From Nymphaea colorata (taxonomy: Eukaryota), in the NCBI RefSeq assembly GCF_008831285.2, contig NC_045138.2, positions 16,430,001-16,494,000 on the forward strand: a stretch of DNA of 64,000 bases. Reading direction: 5' to 3'. Shown here piece after piece: positions 12,818-26,000 of the stretch. Below the pieces are notes generated by a model. It had not been told where the DNA came from. It searched no databases and saw only the letters and a list, made by a program, of their open reading frames with translations. Each line of letters opens with the position of its first letter. Position 1 is the stretch's first letter. Both the position numbers and the translations under genes were made by a program.

Positions 12818-15800
12818 ATGGATTCAGTTTCCACCTTCTTTGTCCTCCTCCTCCTTTCCCTTTTCGCCGGGAAATCCACCGGAAAACAATGTCAGGCCTG
12901 CGGCTCCACCGTGGTTCCTTACCCCATGAGCACGGCGACGGACTGCGGCGACCCCAACTACTCAATCTTCTGCAACTCCTCATCCGGGCAGCTCTACTTC
13001 TCCAGCATAAATGGGTTTCGGTACCCGATCTCGAAAATCAACCCCGCATTCCAGAAGCTCGTGGTCAGGCCGCCGCCGGTCTCCTCGACTTCGTGCTACG
13101 CTACCGACTACGCGCAAGGTGGAATTAAGCTGAACAGCAGCGGGCCGTTCAACCTGTCCGGCGATAACACGATCATGTACTTTAACTGCGCCCCTCGGTT
13201 GCTGACCACTCCCCTCGACTGCTCGAATACCAGCCTGTGCTGGAGCTATGTCCGGCAGGTTCCGGAGTTCCAGAGCTGCCGGAGCATGAACATCTGCTGC
13301 ACATTCAGGGCCGGAGGGTCCGCGACGGCCTCCGGTGTACGGTTGTCGAACGCGAGCCAATGCACCGCGTACCAGAGCTTCGTCAGCCTCAGCCCGCCTT
13401 CGTCCGGGCAGCAGTGGCCGCAGTGGCCGCAGGGGGGGATGGAGTTACAGTGGAGTTTGCCCAGGGAGTTGCAGTGCAGGAACCAGAGCGACTGCGATGG
13501 TGCGATACCCAATTCCAATTGTTCGGCTGACCCTTTGGCGCCGGCGAGTGGGATCAGGAGGTGCTTCTGCAACTCAGGCTTCCGTTGGGACCCCATAACC
13601 GGAACCTGCATAAACTGTGAGTTCCCGATTCCTACTTTGATCTCTGTTTGGTGGAACATGAATTCCCATGAGTCGAGAGCCGTAGGAATTTGTTTCGGAT
13701 TTCTTCCTCATTGCTGGTACTGATTCATAGGAAAATTGCGTGTTTGGAAGACATCCATTTCTTAATCTCCCCGCTTTCCTTTGTCTTTTCATCTGAAAAA
13801 GGGCATGAGTTTCCAAGCAATCTTCCCCTTTTTGATCGAAAGTTTGTGAAAGAAATTTTATGTGAAAACAGGAAGGAAAATGCGGGAGCACTGGCACCGC
13901 ATCCACTTTTCTTAATGCGACTCTACTGCTCTTCTTGGATCACGATATTTGGATCTGTAGTTCTTTTTTAAAAGTTAGGAGCATCAAAATTCCAAGGAAA
14001 AAAAAGTTAGGCAGCTGGATTTTTTAATATTTATAAAATTCTCTGCATGTATTTAAGTAAAAACGCCTAACGAAACTAGCCTTTAGGTTTTTCGTATCAT
14101 GAAAATTTCACATTTACAGATTTCTAAGAACAATGTAAAAAATAATTTTGAGTAGAATAGCACAAAATTTTGCAGCTACGTTGTCTCAGATTCATGTTCA
14201 ACATTCTTGGCATGCAACCTTCCATATGAAAAGTACTTCACCGGAAAACTACCTGAGAAAATCCTCTAGAAAGAGAAGAAAAATGAACACGAGGAAACAG
14301 GAATTTATTTACTCACACTATGAATACGATGGACCAATTTCATGTATGTGATTTCTTTGTACAAAATGGGACACAGAATCCGGCGATATTTAGGTGCATC
14401 AGTTTTCTGTGGATCAGGCTATTTTTTCTTATTGAACAAATAAATAGAAACTGAGCTTAAGTTAGCAAACCTTACAAAATAAGAGAAATAGGAGAAGAGA
14501 ATATCAGTTTGTCTTCTTGATCGGGAAATATGATATGTACCTATTAGATGCCAGCCAATACTGACAACAGCACATGAGACCCAAAAGTTCTTAACTTTTT
14601 TAATCAAATTTGTAATTCATGGGGATCCGTAGTAGTCAAGTTTTAAAAGGTGAAGTCTCTGACATCTTTCAAGATCATTCATCTTCAAGATGGACGGCGT
14701 CGAAAGCACATTGGACCATTTTCTATCAAAGACAGGTTGGACCCGATTTTCTCTCTTTCTCTCTCTCTCTCTCTGACACACAGAGAGAGAGAGAGAGAGA
14801 GAGAACCATAGAAAGTTTGTGAATTTTCTAATACAACTCACAGTCTTACTGATTTTAGACACATGGTTACTTGGATTGAATAGCATAAGTGAAATATCTG
14901 CATAAGGGAGAACAACTATTTTGCAGTTCCAACGTGGGTATCTTTCTATATCAGAAAATTCAATTTCTAGAATTGGATCCAGAAATTGGCACCTAAATGA
15001 GAATTTCTCCTTACTATCAAGGCATCTTTTTGCTTTGAATAGTTCAATCGCTTTTAAATTAAGAGTATCAACGGCTTCCTAAAGTCCAAATGACAAATAA
15101 TAAAAATGACTTCTTCAGCGCTGATCTTTCTTAATTTTTAAGTGCCTTTGGTTCATTATCTTATTTGTGCAACAGTGGGTTCCTTAAAATATTAGAGCAG
15201 AAGCCACAGTCGATTGTCTTCTCTTTTGTGCTTTGACAATTTAGGGTGATAAATTGATAATTAAGCTGTTTGGAATGTACAGGGGCATTCACATCCGCCC
15301 ACTAAACTAGCACATGGCTTCTGCTGTTCATTGACCAAAAACTATTGGTGTATTCTGTTCCCAACTCACCTAAAAACATGCCAAACGACAGACTGTTCAT
15401 AGAAGTCTGAGGTGTGTGTGTGTAAAGAAGGTGATGAGGATCCATCCAAAGGCCACAACTTGGTCTGCTTTTTAAGTAAAAACCTCTGGCTAGCCGTGAC
15501 CATCATGCAGTATGACACAAATACTATAAAAGTGATAACTTGATCTAGGGTATCTTCACCTCAACACCATTCACAATCATTTTCTAGAGTTCTGGGTTTC
15601 GACTTGCTGTTCCTTGAAATGTAAAAGTGTCCTTTGAACTTTTAGATTCTGGTTTGTGAGTTTGAAATTTGAATAGGCTAATGGATATGGAAGAGTGAAA
15701 GTCACCAACTAGGTCTGTTCACTGCCATATGGCAGGCCATATTAAATATGGTTAGTTATATTCAATACTAACCCACTTGTCACTTTGATTATCGGGGTGC

Positions 15801-17582
15801 AAATCCAGGCCAGCCCGGCATTAATTGATGCAGAGTCTGATCTTGTTGTTAATGACAGAAGATCATACTTAATGGTGGAACAAATCAGAAAATAGTCAGC
15901 CATGTGAAGGTCTGGGAGACCATATGTTCAGGAACTTAATTAAGATGTTTGTGGCCCCTTCACAGTAATCACATTGTAAGATGTTATAGGGATTGAATTT
16001 ATGATGAGGCATAGACAACTGACCTGATCTGCCTTGGAAAAGAAGGCCAGGCGAATCCTATGGCTGAAAGTGGGCAGTAATAAATTAGGGGATACAAATT
16101 CTGAATAGAAGTTATTGGTCTAACATGGGTTTTGCCGACCTTGAACCTAGAGCTGAGTCCCTTTCTCTGCGATCCAACTGTAGATGTTAAATAATCATGT
16201 ATATCAAATGCATGCAGTTTTTTCTTAAGTAAAATAATAAAGCTTCTGAAAAATCCCTATATATTGAAGTGTATAGGATTTTAGTATACATATATTCATT
16301 TTTAGAGTTTGATTATTGTTTTGATCTGTTGTGCAGTAAAAGAAGAATGCTACAGGTCTGGAATATGCCGGATCAGACGCATTCGCCTCATTACAGGTCG
16401 GTTATATGGAACCAGAGAGCATCTTACGAACACAGAGTTTGGTTTTGTTTTTTACAAATCAATCTTGAATGTTTTGTACTGAAAATTTGACTTCATGGTA
16501 CAGGATTGACAGTCTCGGCCTTTATTCTGTTGATCTCAACAATGACTGCCCTCTTGTTATACAAGAGACACCTGAAAGTCAGGGAGGCTAAGGAGAGCTT
16601 GGCGAGAAAGAGGCAAGAATTGCTATCCAACAGCACGGATGGAAGGTGTGCCAAGCTCTTTAGTGGCAAGGAGATCAAGAAAGCCACAAACTCATGTTCT
16701 GAGGAAAATTTCGTTGGGGCGGGTGGCTTTGGTGAAGTTTACAAGGGTACCCTTGAGGATGGGACTGTGATTGCCGTCAAAACAGCAAAAATTGGCAACA
16801 TCAAGAGCACTGAGCAAGTACTCAATGAAGTTCGAATCCTATCACAGGTCAATCATCGGCACCTTCTCCGGCTTATCGGCTGCTGCGTTGAGCTCGAGCA
16901 GCCAATGATGGTTTATGAGTTTGCCTCCAACGGCAACCTCTATGATCATCTTCATGATGGCAAGTACGACTTCCTTAATTGGAAGCAAAGGCTAACTATT
17001 GCCCACCAGACTGCAGAGGCACTTGCTTATCTTCATTTCTCTGCCTACCCACCCATCTATCATAGGGATATCAAATCAAGCAACATTCTTCTTGATGAGA
17101 AGCTCAATGCAAAGGTCTCCGATTTCGGGATTTCACGGCTTGTTGATACGGAACTTTCACATATATCCACATGTGCACAGGGCACACTAGGATACATGGA
17201 CCCAGAGTATTACAGGAACTTCCAACTAACTGATAAAAGTGATGTTTACAGCTTTGGAGTACTTCTGCTTGAGCTCTTAACTTCCGAAAAGGTTGTTGAC
17301 TTTGACAGAGGATTGGAAGAAGCCAACTTGGTTGTGTATGTGCAGAAAAGAGCAAATGAAGGGAAATTGATGGAGATGGTGGATAAGGAGTTGAAGGCAG
17401 GAGCATCGGATCAGATCTTAGAGACAATGCAGAATTTTGGGTTTTTGGCAATGGGCTGCTTGGAGGACAGGAGACAAGATCGCCCGACCATGAAAGAAGT
17501 AACAGAGGAGTTAGGCTATATCGTCGGTCTTTACGATGTAGTTAATGCTGCTGCCGCAGTACAAGAGAATGACTCCTTTTAA
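12818..17582 (+). CDS. Wall-associated receptor kinase-like (WAKL15/WAKL20-type) RD receptor kinase, 645 aa; join(12818..13616,16337..16396,16504..17582)
   Basis: ATG 12818 (MDSVSTFFVLLLLSLF signal peptide), then a Cys-rich ectodomain. Donor T|GTGAGT at 13617; 60-nt exon (LKEECYRSGICRIRRIRLITG) between TGCAG and GT; acceptor TACAG at 16503. All phases are compatible. Exon 3 encodes a TM helix and a kinase with GAGGFGEVY, AVK, HRDIKSSN, DFG and GTLGYMDPEY motifs. Confidence 0.93.
14751..14803. repeat. (CT)n followed by (GA)n microsatellite in WAKL intron 1
   Basis: CTCTCT tract, TGACACAC spacer, GAGAGA tract seen directly. Confidence 0.85.
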
Positions 17583-18239
17583 GCTCCTCTAGCTTACAAA
17601 GACTGATAAACAGAACAAGTGATCGAATTAGGGAGGCATCTTTTCACCAAGTTCTTTAGTCTGGCGAAAAATTTTGGAAGTTTGTCCCTTTATGTTTTGC
17701 CTTTTTTTTTTCTCTTTTTTACATTTCAGCTGTGGTTACGTGTATATGATCAATTTTTTATAAGGGCAGCTTGTACAGATTGAGATGCTGTAATGAAAGG
17801 GATTATGAAAATGTCTTGGGCAATCTCCAACCTTTACATCAAAATGAAGCTCAAAAGAACATATGTTACTGCTTCACAAGAATGTTTAGCAAATGCAGAA
17901 CAAAACTTACTTTTCCTTTATGCTTTTTCTAAACCTTTTGGCTCAGGATTGCAAGTACGTGCACGGTCTTTGCTGGTTTCAAGCAACATGTACGTTTGAT
18001 TGTTGAAAAATTGATTTAAAACATTCTGTTAGCAGTGAGTCAAAGTTCCATGGGCAGATTCTATTCAAATTGAAAGAAGAAAGTATCCAAATGCCTAACT
18101 CTTGTGTTGATTTGATACAAATAATAGTTTTCTACCAGTATTGAGTTTTCTGAAGTTTAACAAAATGAGAATCCAATCAGAACGAGTTTCTGGCCCTTTT
18201 TTTGTTTTGTCATTAAAGTTATTAAATTCTTGTAAAGTT

Positions 18240-19200
18240 TGTGATATTTGTCAGGTTTGAAGCATGAATGATGAACCTTATTTCATTGTCAAAAAGAAAA
18301 ACCATCGCATTTCAGAATCTCAGTTCTTGCATTTGAAATCCTTGGTACAAATCGATGCAAGCAGCTTGTCCAAATTAAACTATCTACAAGCACCTAAAAC
18401 AGATCTTAAAGCAGTAAACTAGAGCACCAACTATAGAATGGTTACCCTCTGTAAGTTCATTCCCAGTCTTAACAATAACAACGTGAAAAAGCAGATCACC
18501 TATTAATCTGCTTGCCAAATAATGTTACAAGCTTATCAACGACTGGATCTGCAGCTTAGCAATTCTTGACATAAAAACAACACTTCCGATCAGTAAATCC
18601 TAGTTGTCACATTTTAGACTGCAACATTTGATAGATTTCAGGTTTATGTGCATGAAATTGCAAGGAACTATATTCTGACCTGTGAGTGAAAGGGAAAGTA
18701 GCGAAGGGGAAAATAGAAGAATATTTTGGCATTTTCCACAAAGAATCTACACCTCCACTCAATATGCAACGGAAATGCACTTGATTCGTTTCTGTAAGTA
18801 AAGCTATTCCACTCATAGAATGATAGAAACATCTGCAGGCAACAAATGGAGGTTAGGGATGCGAATTCCCTTTCATAAAGATTCAGTTTGAATATTTTAA
18901 GCACCACTGTCCAATCCAAGATGCAAACTTGATGGAGGCAGAAATTAGTTCAATCAATGGCTATCCAGCATATGCGCACTTGAGATTGGAGTACCAGTAA
19001 TGACTAAAACATTTTAACACGCAGACATCTCTAATACCATCGTCATATGAATCCGCAGGCACAATTCGTGACATTGGTATTTCACCAACTACAGCTTTAA
19101 TGCAATTAAAAAGAAAAAAGGAGGAACCGCTGTCGACCTTCCAAATGAAGGTCAACTGAATGGCAAGTTTCGTTTCAAGGCATGGCAAATAATGATGTCG
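18240..19200 (-). pseudogene. Possible decayed F-box/FBD/LRR-type gene fragment
   Basis: Manual translation gives stop- and frameshift-ridden pieces: ICHALKRNL...STAVPPFF/FNC and FRCL*IV*FGQAACIDLYQGFQMQELRF*NAMV...FIIHASNLTNI. These loosely fit the LRR pattern of plant F-box/FBD proteins. Resemblance by eye only. Confidence 0.3.
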
Positions 19201-21491
19201 TATATATTGACAACAGTGCCTGATCTCCCAAAACTTCTGTTGTTCTTCAACCTGATATTTTTCATGGTGTTATCCGCCTGAAGCATGGTAATCAGGACTA
19301 ACTCGCGCATGGTCTTAACTCGTGGAGAACTTCTGATAGAACGTTGTTATGTATTCTTAGATTAGAAGGTATGTTTCGATATTTATATAGCGGTATTTTA
19401 AAAAATATCGTGATATTAACCAAACAAAATGAAGAAAACGAAAAAAGCGTGAAAACATCGCGATACTTTTAAAACGTTAAAATCAATTCATTGCGATTTT
19501 TTCATGATTTTTTTCTTTTATTTTTTATTTCATTTTCTGTTTTATTTTTTTCAACTTCTGTATCATTGTTTGATTTCTTCTTGTTTTAGATATTTAATTT
19601 GTTCTGCTAAATGCAATACAATATCTATTAGTTTTTCATTTCTTGTACCTTTACCTAAAGTTTTGATTTTGCAAACTCCAAGATTTTTCCTAAAAAACAA
19701 TCTTAACAAAAAATACTCTAGAAAAACCTCTCCAATAAAGACCCCGAGTACGATGTTTGTGGCTAATACATTCTGAAAAGCATCAGAGTTTTGTTGTTCG
19801 AAACACTGAGTGAATATGCCAAGATTTCAAGTGTACAACACTTTTCTCCCCTTTACTGACCTTTCTTTTTCAATCAGTAAAAACTCCTTTTCTGTGGCGT
19901 GTTGGTTCTAAGACTATATTTCATATATATGGTGCTTTCGGGATAAATGTTTTAAGAATATGTGTTTTTGAGAACAATGTTTTTCTGATCAAGCACCCTC
20001 TTATTAAGCGCAAAACTCATTAACCATTTAGCTTGAGCTTCTCATCGCCTTGCCCTTGCAAGTTGCAAGGCTAATTGGCAGTTCGGAATTCTTGCCGGGC
20101 TAAGATCCAGTGTTGTGAATCGGTGGATTTGGATCTGGTAGGTGGCAAATAGATTCCGGACCCTAAACAGATACAAAGGCTTCAAGTTTTTAGTTATTAC
20201 TTTATAACTATGTTGTAGTTTTTCTTCTTATTATGATTAATTTATTAATCAAATTCCAGTTTGGTATATGAGATAGAGTTGTTACTGAATTTGACGGGCA
20301 TGAGATGTCAGCATTTGCATATGGTTTCCTTCTTTTGAGTTCGAACTCATATCCAACTCCTGAGTACAAGCATATCTAATTAGTCGGATATGAAAAATCC
20401 TAATTCAATCCATTGGCATTCAAAACATTCTTGTGATATTTTATTAAAACAGAACGCCAAACCAATAAACAATTAATATTGTGCACAAAGGGGAGAGAAT
20501 TAAGGGCCTTTGTTTGTTTTCAGTGGGAGGAAGAATCTTCCGTGTACACACTACATACAGGTGGAATCAAAGTGGGGAGGAGAGATTTTGATTAGACGTT
20601 CATCTATCGCCTGAATACGTTTGGTAAGATTTGGATGTAATAGTCATAATATCTTACTGATCAGGTACCTGCTACTCAGTAATTGAATTTACATCAGATC
20701 TAATAAGTAAATCATATACCAACTTCCAATATCATTGCCAATCTGCTTATCGAATTTGTCTGGATTGGTGTTGAGTCTCGGACTATATGTGAATCATTCA
20801 CGCTTCAATTTAGCCATTTTTTTGTCAAACTTGGCTTCGTGTCTTTAGACCAATCTGAGTTTCCATTCTATTCCATCTCTTATCTCTCCCGAATCCTGAA
20901 TCACAGCGTTTTTGCAGGTGAATACATCATCAAAATTACTCAAAATATGCTTTTTCTGGTTCTTCTTTGTAAGAAAACCGCACCAAAGCTGAGAGATTTC
21001 ATGGCCCCCTCATAAGCATAAAAACCCAAGGTTAGCAGTCTCGTCACAAGATTATGCAGCGGTTTTTTAAATCAATAAAATATATTTACTTTTCCATTCA
21101 TACTTATGTTTCTTTTAAGGAAAAAACAAAGTAGGCGAAGATCTCGCGTTCCAGCTTACGCTCAAGTTGGCAGGATTGCATGCTCCCTTGATTTCTTTAA
21201 TGAGTAATGCGACAAATCTGGAGGTTCTGGAAAACCCATTCTTGATTCATAATTAATTGCAATTGCAAAAGGACAATCATGCTAATCAAGCATCATTGAA
21301 TTAGAGAATATTTTATTAAAAATAATTATAATAATAATAAGAACTTTATATATTGTTCAAATGATAAAGAAATGAATGTATGCACTCCCAATTGATGCAT
21401 TGGCAGGACTTTCTTGACAAATTCCAGACATGGTATGCTTCTGAAAAACAAAAAAGCCAACCATAGGATATTCTCTCCCTCTCTCTTTCTC

Positions 21492-21875
21492 TGATGTCTG
21501 TTTAGATATCTCAATAAGAAGTTTTACTTCATTCTATTCATGTATATCATTATCATTCATAGATATTTTCCGCAGAAATTCAAGACTATTCAAATGTTCA
21601 GACGACTCTTTCCCTCTCTGATGTTTGTATGGATATCTCATAAAGAAGTTTCATTTCATTCTATTCATGCTGATCATTATCATTCATAGATATTTTCTGC
21701 AGAAAGTTTAAACTATTCAAATGTTCTGGCGACACTCTCTCTCTCTATATATATATATGATGTTTGTAACTTTGAGATCTCATAAAGAAGTTTCACTTCA
21801 TTCTATTCATGTATATCATTATCATTCAAATATACTTTCTGCAGAAAGTTAAGGCTATTCAAATGTTTAGACGAT
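21492..21875. repeat. Three-copy tandem repeat (~127-139 bp unit) with CT/TA microsatellite spacers
   Basis: The unit TGATGT..GATATCTCA..AAGAAGTTT..TTCATTCTATTCATG..ATCATTATCATTCA..GCAGAAA..CTATTCAAATGTT starts at ~21492, ~21619 and ~21758. Confidence 0.9.
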
Positions 21876-22799
21876 TTCTTCCTGATAAGTTTCCGGGTAC
21901 AGGAATTTAGTGCTCGTAAATGAAAACTTTCTTCGTATGGCAACATCCGTAAGATCTTGATGAGTTCTGTTCGGCTCTATCCATCTCAGAATCTTAAGCA
22001 CAACCGATTTATTTCAAGGGAGCAAAGAGATTCTTGAGTCTTAATCCTAGTTACTCTGTTTGCCTGCTTAAACGAGCACATTGAAGCTCTTTCAGGACCA
22101 AAAACCAAATTTAGCAAAATTCCAGACTGGCAGCCTGCCGACGCATTCAGGCTTGTTTTTCTGAAACCAATCATGCATTTTTCCGGCACCAAACCATGAA
22201 TTTTGAAGGCAAATTACGGTGCTTTCATTGTTATAAACTCCTAGGAATTGGTAAAGAACCAGAAGCTCTGCAACAAAGATGAAGCAGAATCATGTGTCAG
22301 TCTATCTTCCTATGTGCACACCCTCAACCCTGATTGTTTCTTGCCATCAGAAGAGAAAAAACAAGTCTTCTGGAACAACACCAAATTAAAACAGAGAATT
22401 CTTTGTCAACTACGTGCAGAACATTGAAGATCATCAAAGCAAAAGAAATGGAAAGAAAGTAAAACGAATGGCTGAGCTTTAAATTCTGCCAAGGAGTTTC
22501 AACGCTGTTACACCAGATGCTATAATTCTCCAGAGTAAGATCTTCAAACTCTAGAGTTTAAAATGAGAAAGACACCAAATAAAAAGAGGAACTTCTTCCT
22601 TCTCTATGTACCACATGACTATGACCACAAGACAGAGAACAGAACAGGAACTTTTTCCTGTTTATACAACGCAAATTGGTATGTACAAATTACAACTTCT
22701 GCACTTGAGCCGCAGGGCACCCCTTTGAGCAGCCCAAACTTATTTATCACCTTCTCCATTACTGAACAACTATCGTAGCCCAGCCCATATGCTCTTAAC

Positions 22800-23051
22800 T
22801 TAATGGCCAGAAACTGTCCTACGAGATGCAGATCGACGAATAGGGGACTGCACTGCGGTGCTCGTAGAAGTGGAGCCAAGATCCGGACGAATAAGCGGGA
22901 CTTCTATTTGGAACCGGCCGGAATCACCGGGGAGCCTCATGTAAGATGCCGAAGGAGACTCAGCCAGCCACGATGCACCAAGAGCACCACCATAGTTGCC
23001 GGTCCTGGACTGGACGATTGCGTTGTAGAGGAACGGAATCAGGCCTTCCAT
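22800..23051 (-). CDS. Small intronless uncharacterised plant protein (83 aa, 'MEGLIP' family)
   Basis: MEGLIPFLYNAIVQ...SWLAESPSASYMRLPGDSGRFQ matches, from recall, a conserved angiosperm small-protein family. There is a CT-rich 5' leader and a TATATATA box ~115 bp upstream of the ATG (23163-23171). Confidence 0.85.
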   Translation of the reverse strand: MEGLIPFLYNAIVQSRTGNYGGALGASWLAESPSASYMRLPGDSGRFQIEVPLIRPDLGSTSTSTAVQSPIRRSASRRTVSGH

Positions 23052-26000
23052 TTGAATGAAATTAAGATGAAGCAGATTGAGAATGAGAAGAGGAGGAGAA
23101 ACAGAGGGCTTTGAACTTGATATGTAATAGACCTTTCTGCTCTGCTCCGTTGGGGAGAAGTCATATATATAGCAAAGAAAATCGAAGCTTGAGTGCTAAA
23201 CAGCTCTGTGGAAACCAGAGGAAGAATTCAAAGCAGTATTATGTCATTGGAAGGAGATTGATAGAGGCTTCCAACCTTACCCTCCTACCAAATCCTGCTT
23301 TTTCGTCCTTTTTCCTTTTGATTATAAGTTTTCTAGACTAGCTTCTGAGGAGGATGGTACCCTGACAAATCGCTTTCTCGAATAAATTATCCGTTACTGA
23401 GACACATCACCGCAGAGTCTTGAGTCAATCGTTGGGCTTCCCAGGAAAAACTACTTATGTGGCTTGAGTTTCATGATTTGGATAATGAAAGTGTTGCTTC
23501 TGTCGAGATATTTTCCGAGATTTTACGGATCGCAAAAAATGCCCTTTTGATATTTTATAATATTATTTACTTGTATAAAATTTGATCCGTTCTTTCGCTT
23601 CAATTTTTGTTATTATTTTGAATTCAAAAGTCGTAGGTAATACCAGAGAGCACGTTGGATTAGACCGAATTAAGAAGAAACAACGCGGGGAAGAGGTGAG
23701 AACGGTCACCCCTAGATCTTATCTGGCTTGCTGGAAAACGAACCTTGTGAGAAGCTTCGGTGATCGGAAAATCAAACATTTTTCCAATGTAGCTTTTCTG
23801 ACCGCCAACCCTTGTGAAGGAAGGAATTGAACACAAGGCCCGCCGTTAGTGTTCCCATAAGCCCTCATGTAGTCTAACTTCTGCGTCCAGCCGCCGCCAC
23901 AAAAGCCATGTTTGATTGCCAGAACACTGCGTTCCGGGGGAACAATGTTCCAGCAAACAGTGGAACCCACGTGCTACCCAAACAAAAATGTCCCTTTTGT
24001 GCATGAGGCATGCGTGGAAGTTCTTATTTTATGAAGGGTGAGTGGTTTTTTTCATGGTCCCTAGAAAAGGTCACTTGTTCTCTTATGCACACCATTGGAA
24101 GAGTTTATAGATCTTTCTTCATGACTTATTAGGAAAGAGTGTACTGAGTTGTGACAGTAACCACTACATGATTTAAGCCCAAGTCTCTTTATAAGGCAGA
24201 CCAGCTTACCGCTTAATGCGTTACAACCCCTTGGAGTGGAACACAAAAAAGTTGTCACTGGTTCCGCCAACTCGGGTGAAACCTTTCAAAGGAGGTGTTT
24301 GACAAAGAACCAACAGGGTTGCGGCTTTGTTTAGAAGTTGACGCTCATGTCACTCGAATCAGCAATTGGTCCAAACCGGTAGCTCAAACCGTTCGATTGG
24401 TGGAATGTGCAGATCAAGAGGGTTTAATTCATCAAAACATCATAAAAAAAAATCTTAAGTGATTGACATTTGCTGCTTTGCTTCTGTGCTAAGAGGAAGA
24501 AAGAATGTGGGCATTAACCTGAATGACTACTACGCTGGCACGAAGGAGATGCAATTGAATTTGCTTCTAGTTCAACCTAAGAGATAAGGAAGCAACTAGG
24601 ATCAATCGATCAAGAGTAGATGACCCCCAAGAGCCACTACTGTTCTTTGACAAATACGTAGCCGTTGAAGAAAAATCTAACCAGCAAGGCAATAAAACAG
24701 TATCTCCCTTGTTCCCACTAATTGACCATAAATCTGAACCTATAAATAATAAAATAACATTGACATCTGTAGATCGATTTTCCTTGTTTGACTTGGATAC
24801 TAACTTCAAACTTTAGAAATAATAAAATGATAACAAAAGTAATAAAAATCATCAAGAAACGCAAGAATAGATAAAGATAGAAAATGGGTGTTGGTTCTAC
24901 GTTAATAATTTGGCTCCATAATGCGAGTGCAAACAAATAAGGTTGAAATATTGCGCCGTTGGCGTGTCTTGTTTGGACGGGCTTTTGCGTCCCGGACCTA
25001 ACCGGGGACGGAGTTCGTGTGCGTTACACAATTGCCTAGAGATATTAGGTAAGTTGTCATCCTCGTCACCCGCCCTCTTCGAAAGCAGAAAATTTTCACT
25101 TGGAAAAAAAAATCCCTTTGGCCAAGTAGAGACATCTGCAGATTAACTTTGGTGCTTCATATACCACGACATGCATTTCATGCTTAAAATGGCCGTAGTA
25201 ATTTTCGCTCATCTCCTTTTCAAAGAGCTTTGAGTTTTGTCAAGTGGGATACGGCCAAGCTGATCAAATTGACCTGAAAGAGCCATTTAAATTGTTTGCA
25301 CTCTTAGTCATCTCTCTACCAGTCTAAAAATGCGAACATGGCAAATGCTCTTTAAAACTTCGAAAAAACCTTCTTATGGGCTATCTTGTGAAAGGCTACT
25401 ATGAATCCTTTCAACTTTGGAGGGTTGCGTGTTCTGATTTTCTTTTAGATGTTCTGATCATGTGAAATTCATGTTACAAACCGATGCTTATCATGTTTTT
25501 ACCTCTATCATGGCTGTCCTGATCATTGAGAGCGTGTTTGAGTCTCTGAGACAATGTGTCATGAGATTGTCTTGGACGCTAAATCCAATCACACCTGCTA
25601 TTATTTTTAACTGTGTTATAAATATAGGTACCATTGTAGTATCTGTTACCTCAAAGGGTGTAGTATAGCAGGTCGGGTTGCCGAGCCGGTGAGAGACCAG
25701 TTACGAACTACCCAATGTGTCATATTACACTTTTTCCTGCTGAAACTGCTTATATCCTATGATTCTCAATACTTGTGAAAATTGAGATCGATTTAAACCC
25801 CTGCTTTATAGTCATCAAGTGGGAAAGACCAATTTTCCGGTTTTTCTCGAGTTTTCACATACTGGATTTAATCTCCAACTAATTAAACTTGCAAGTTAGC
25901 TATTCCCAGCTCCAGTTTGTTTGCATTTGACAGAAATACTGCCCATGATTCTGCTAAAACTTTGATCAGTGAGTCATTTTCAATCCCCACCATATATTTT

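Noticed and set aside
12630..13659. Multiple overlapping ORFs on both strands over WAKL exon 1 (likewise over 1782-2692 and 40300-40750)
   Set aside because: By-products of high GC content in true first exons.
21492..21875. CRISPR-like or snoRNA-cluster interpretation of the three-unit repeat
   Set aside because: Eukaryotic context, units too long, spacers are microsatellites, and no C/D or H/ACA box pairs were seen.
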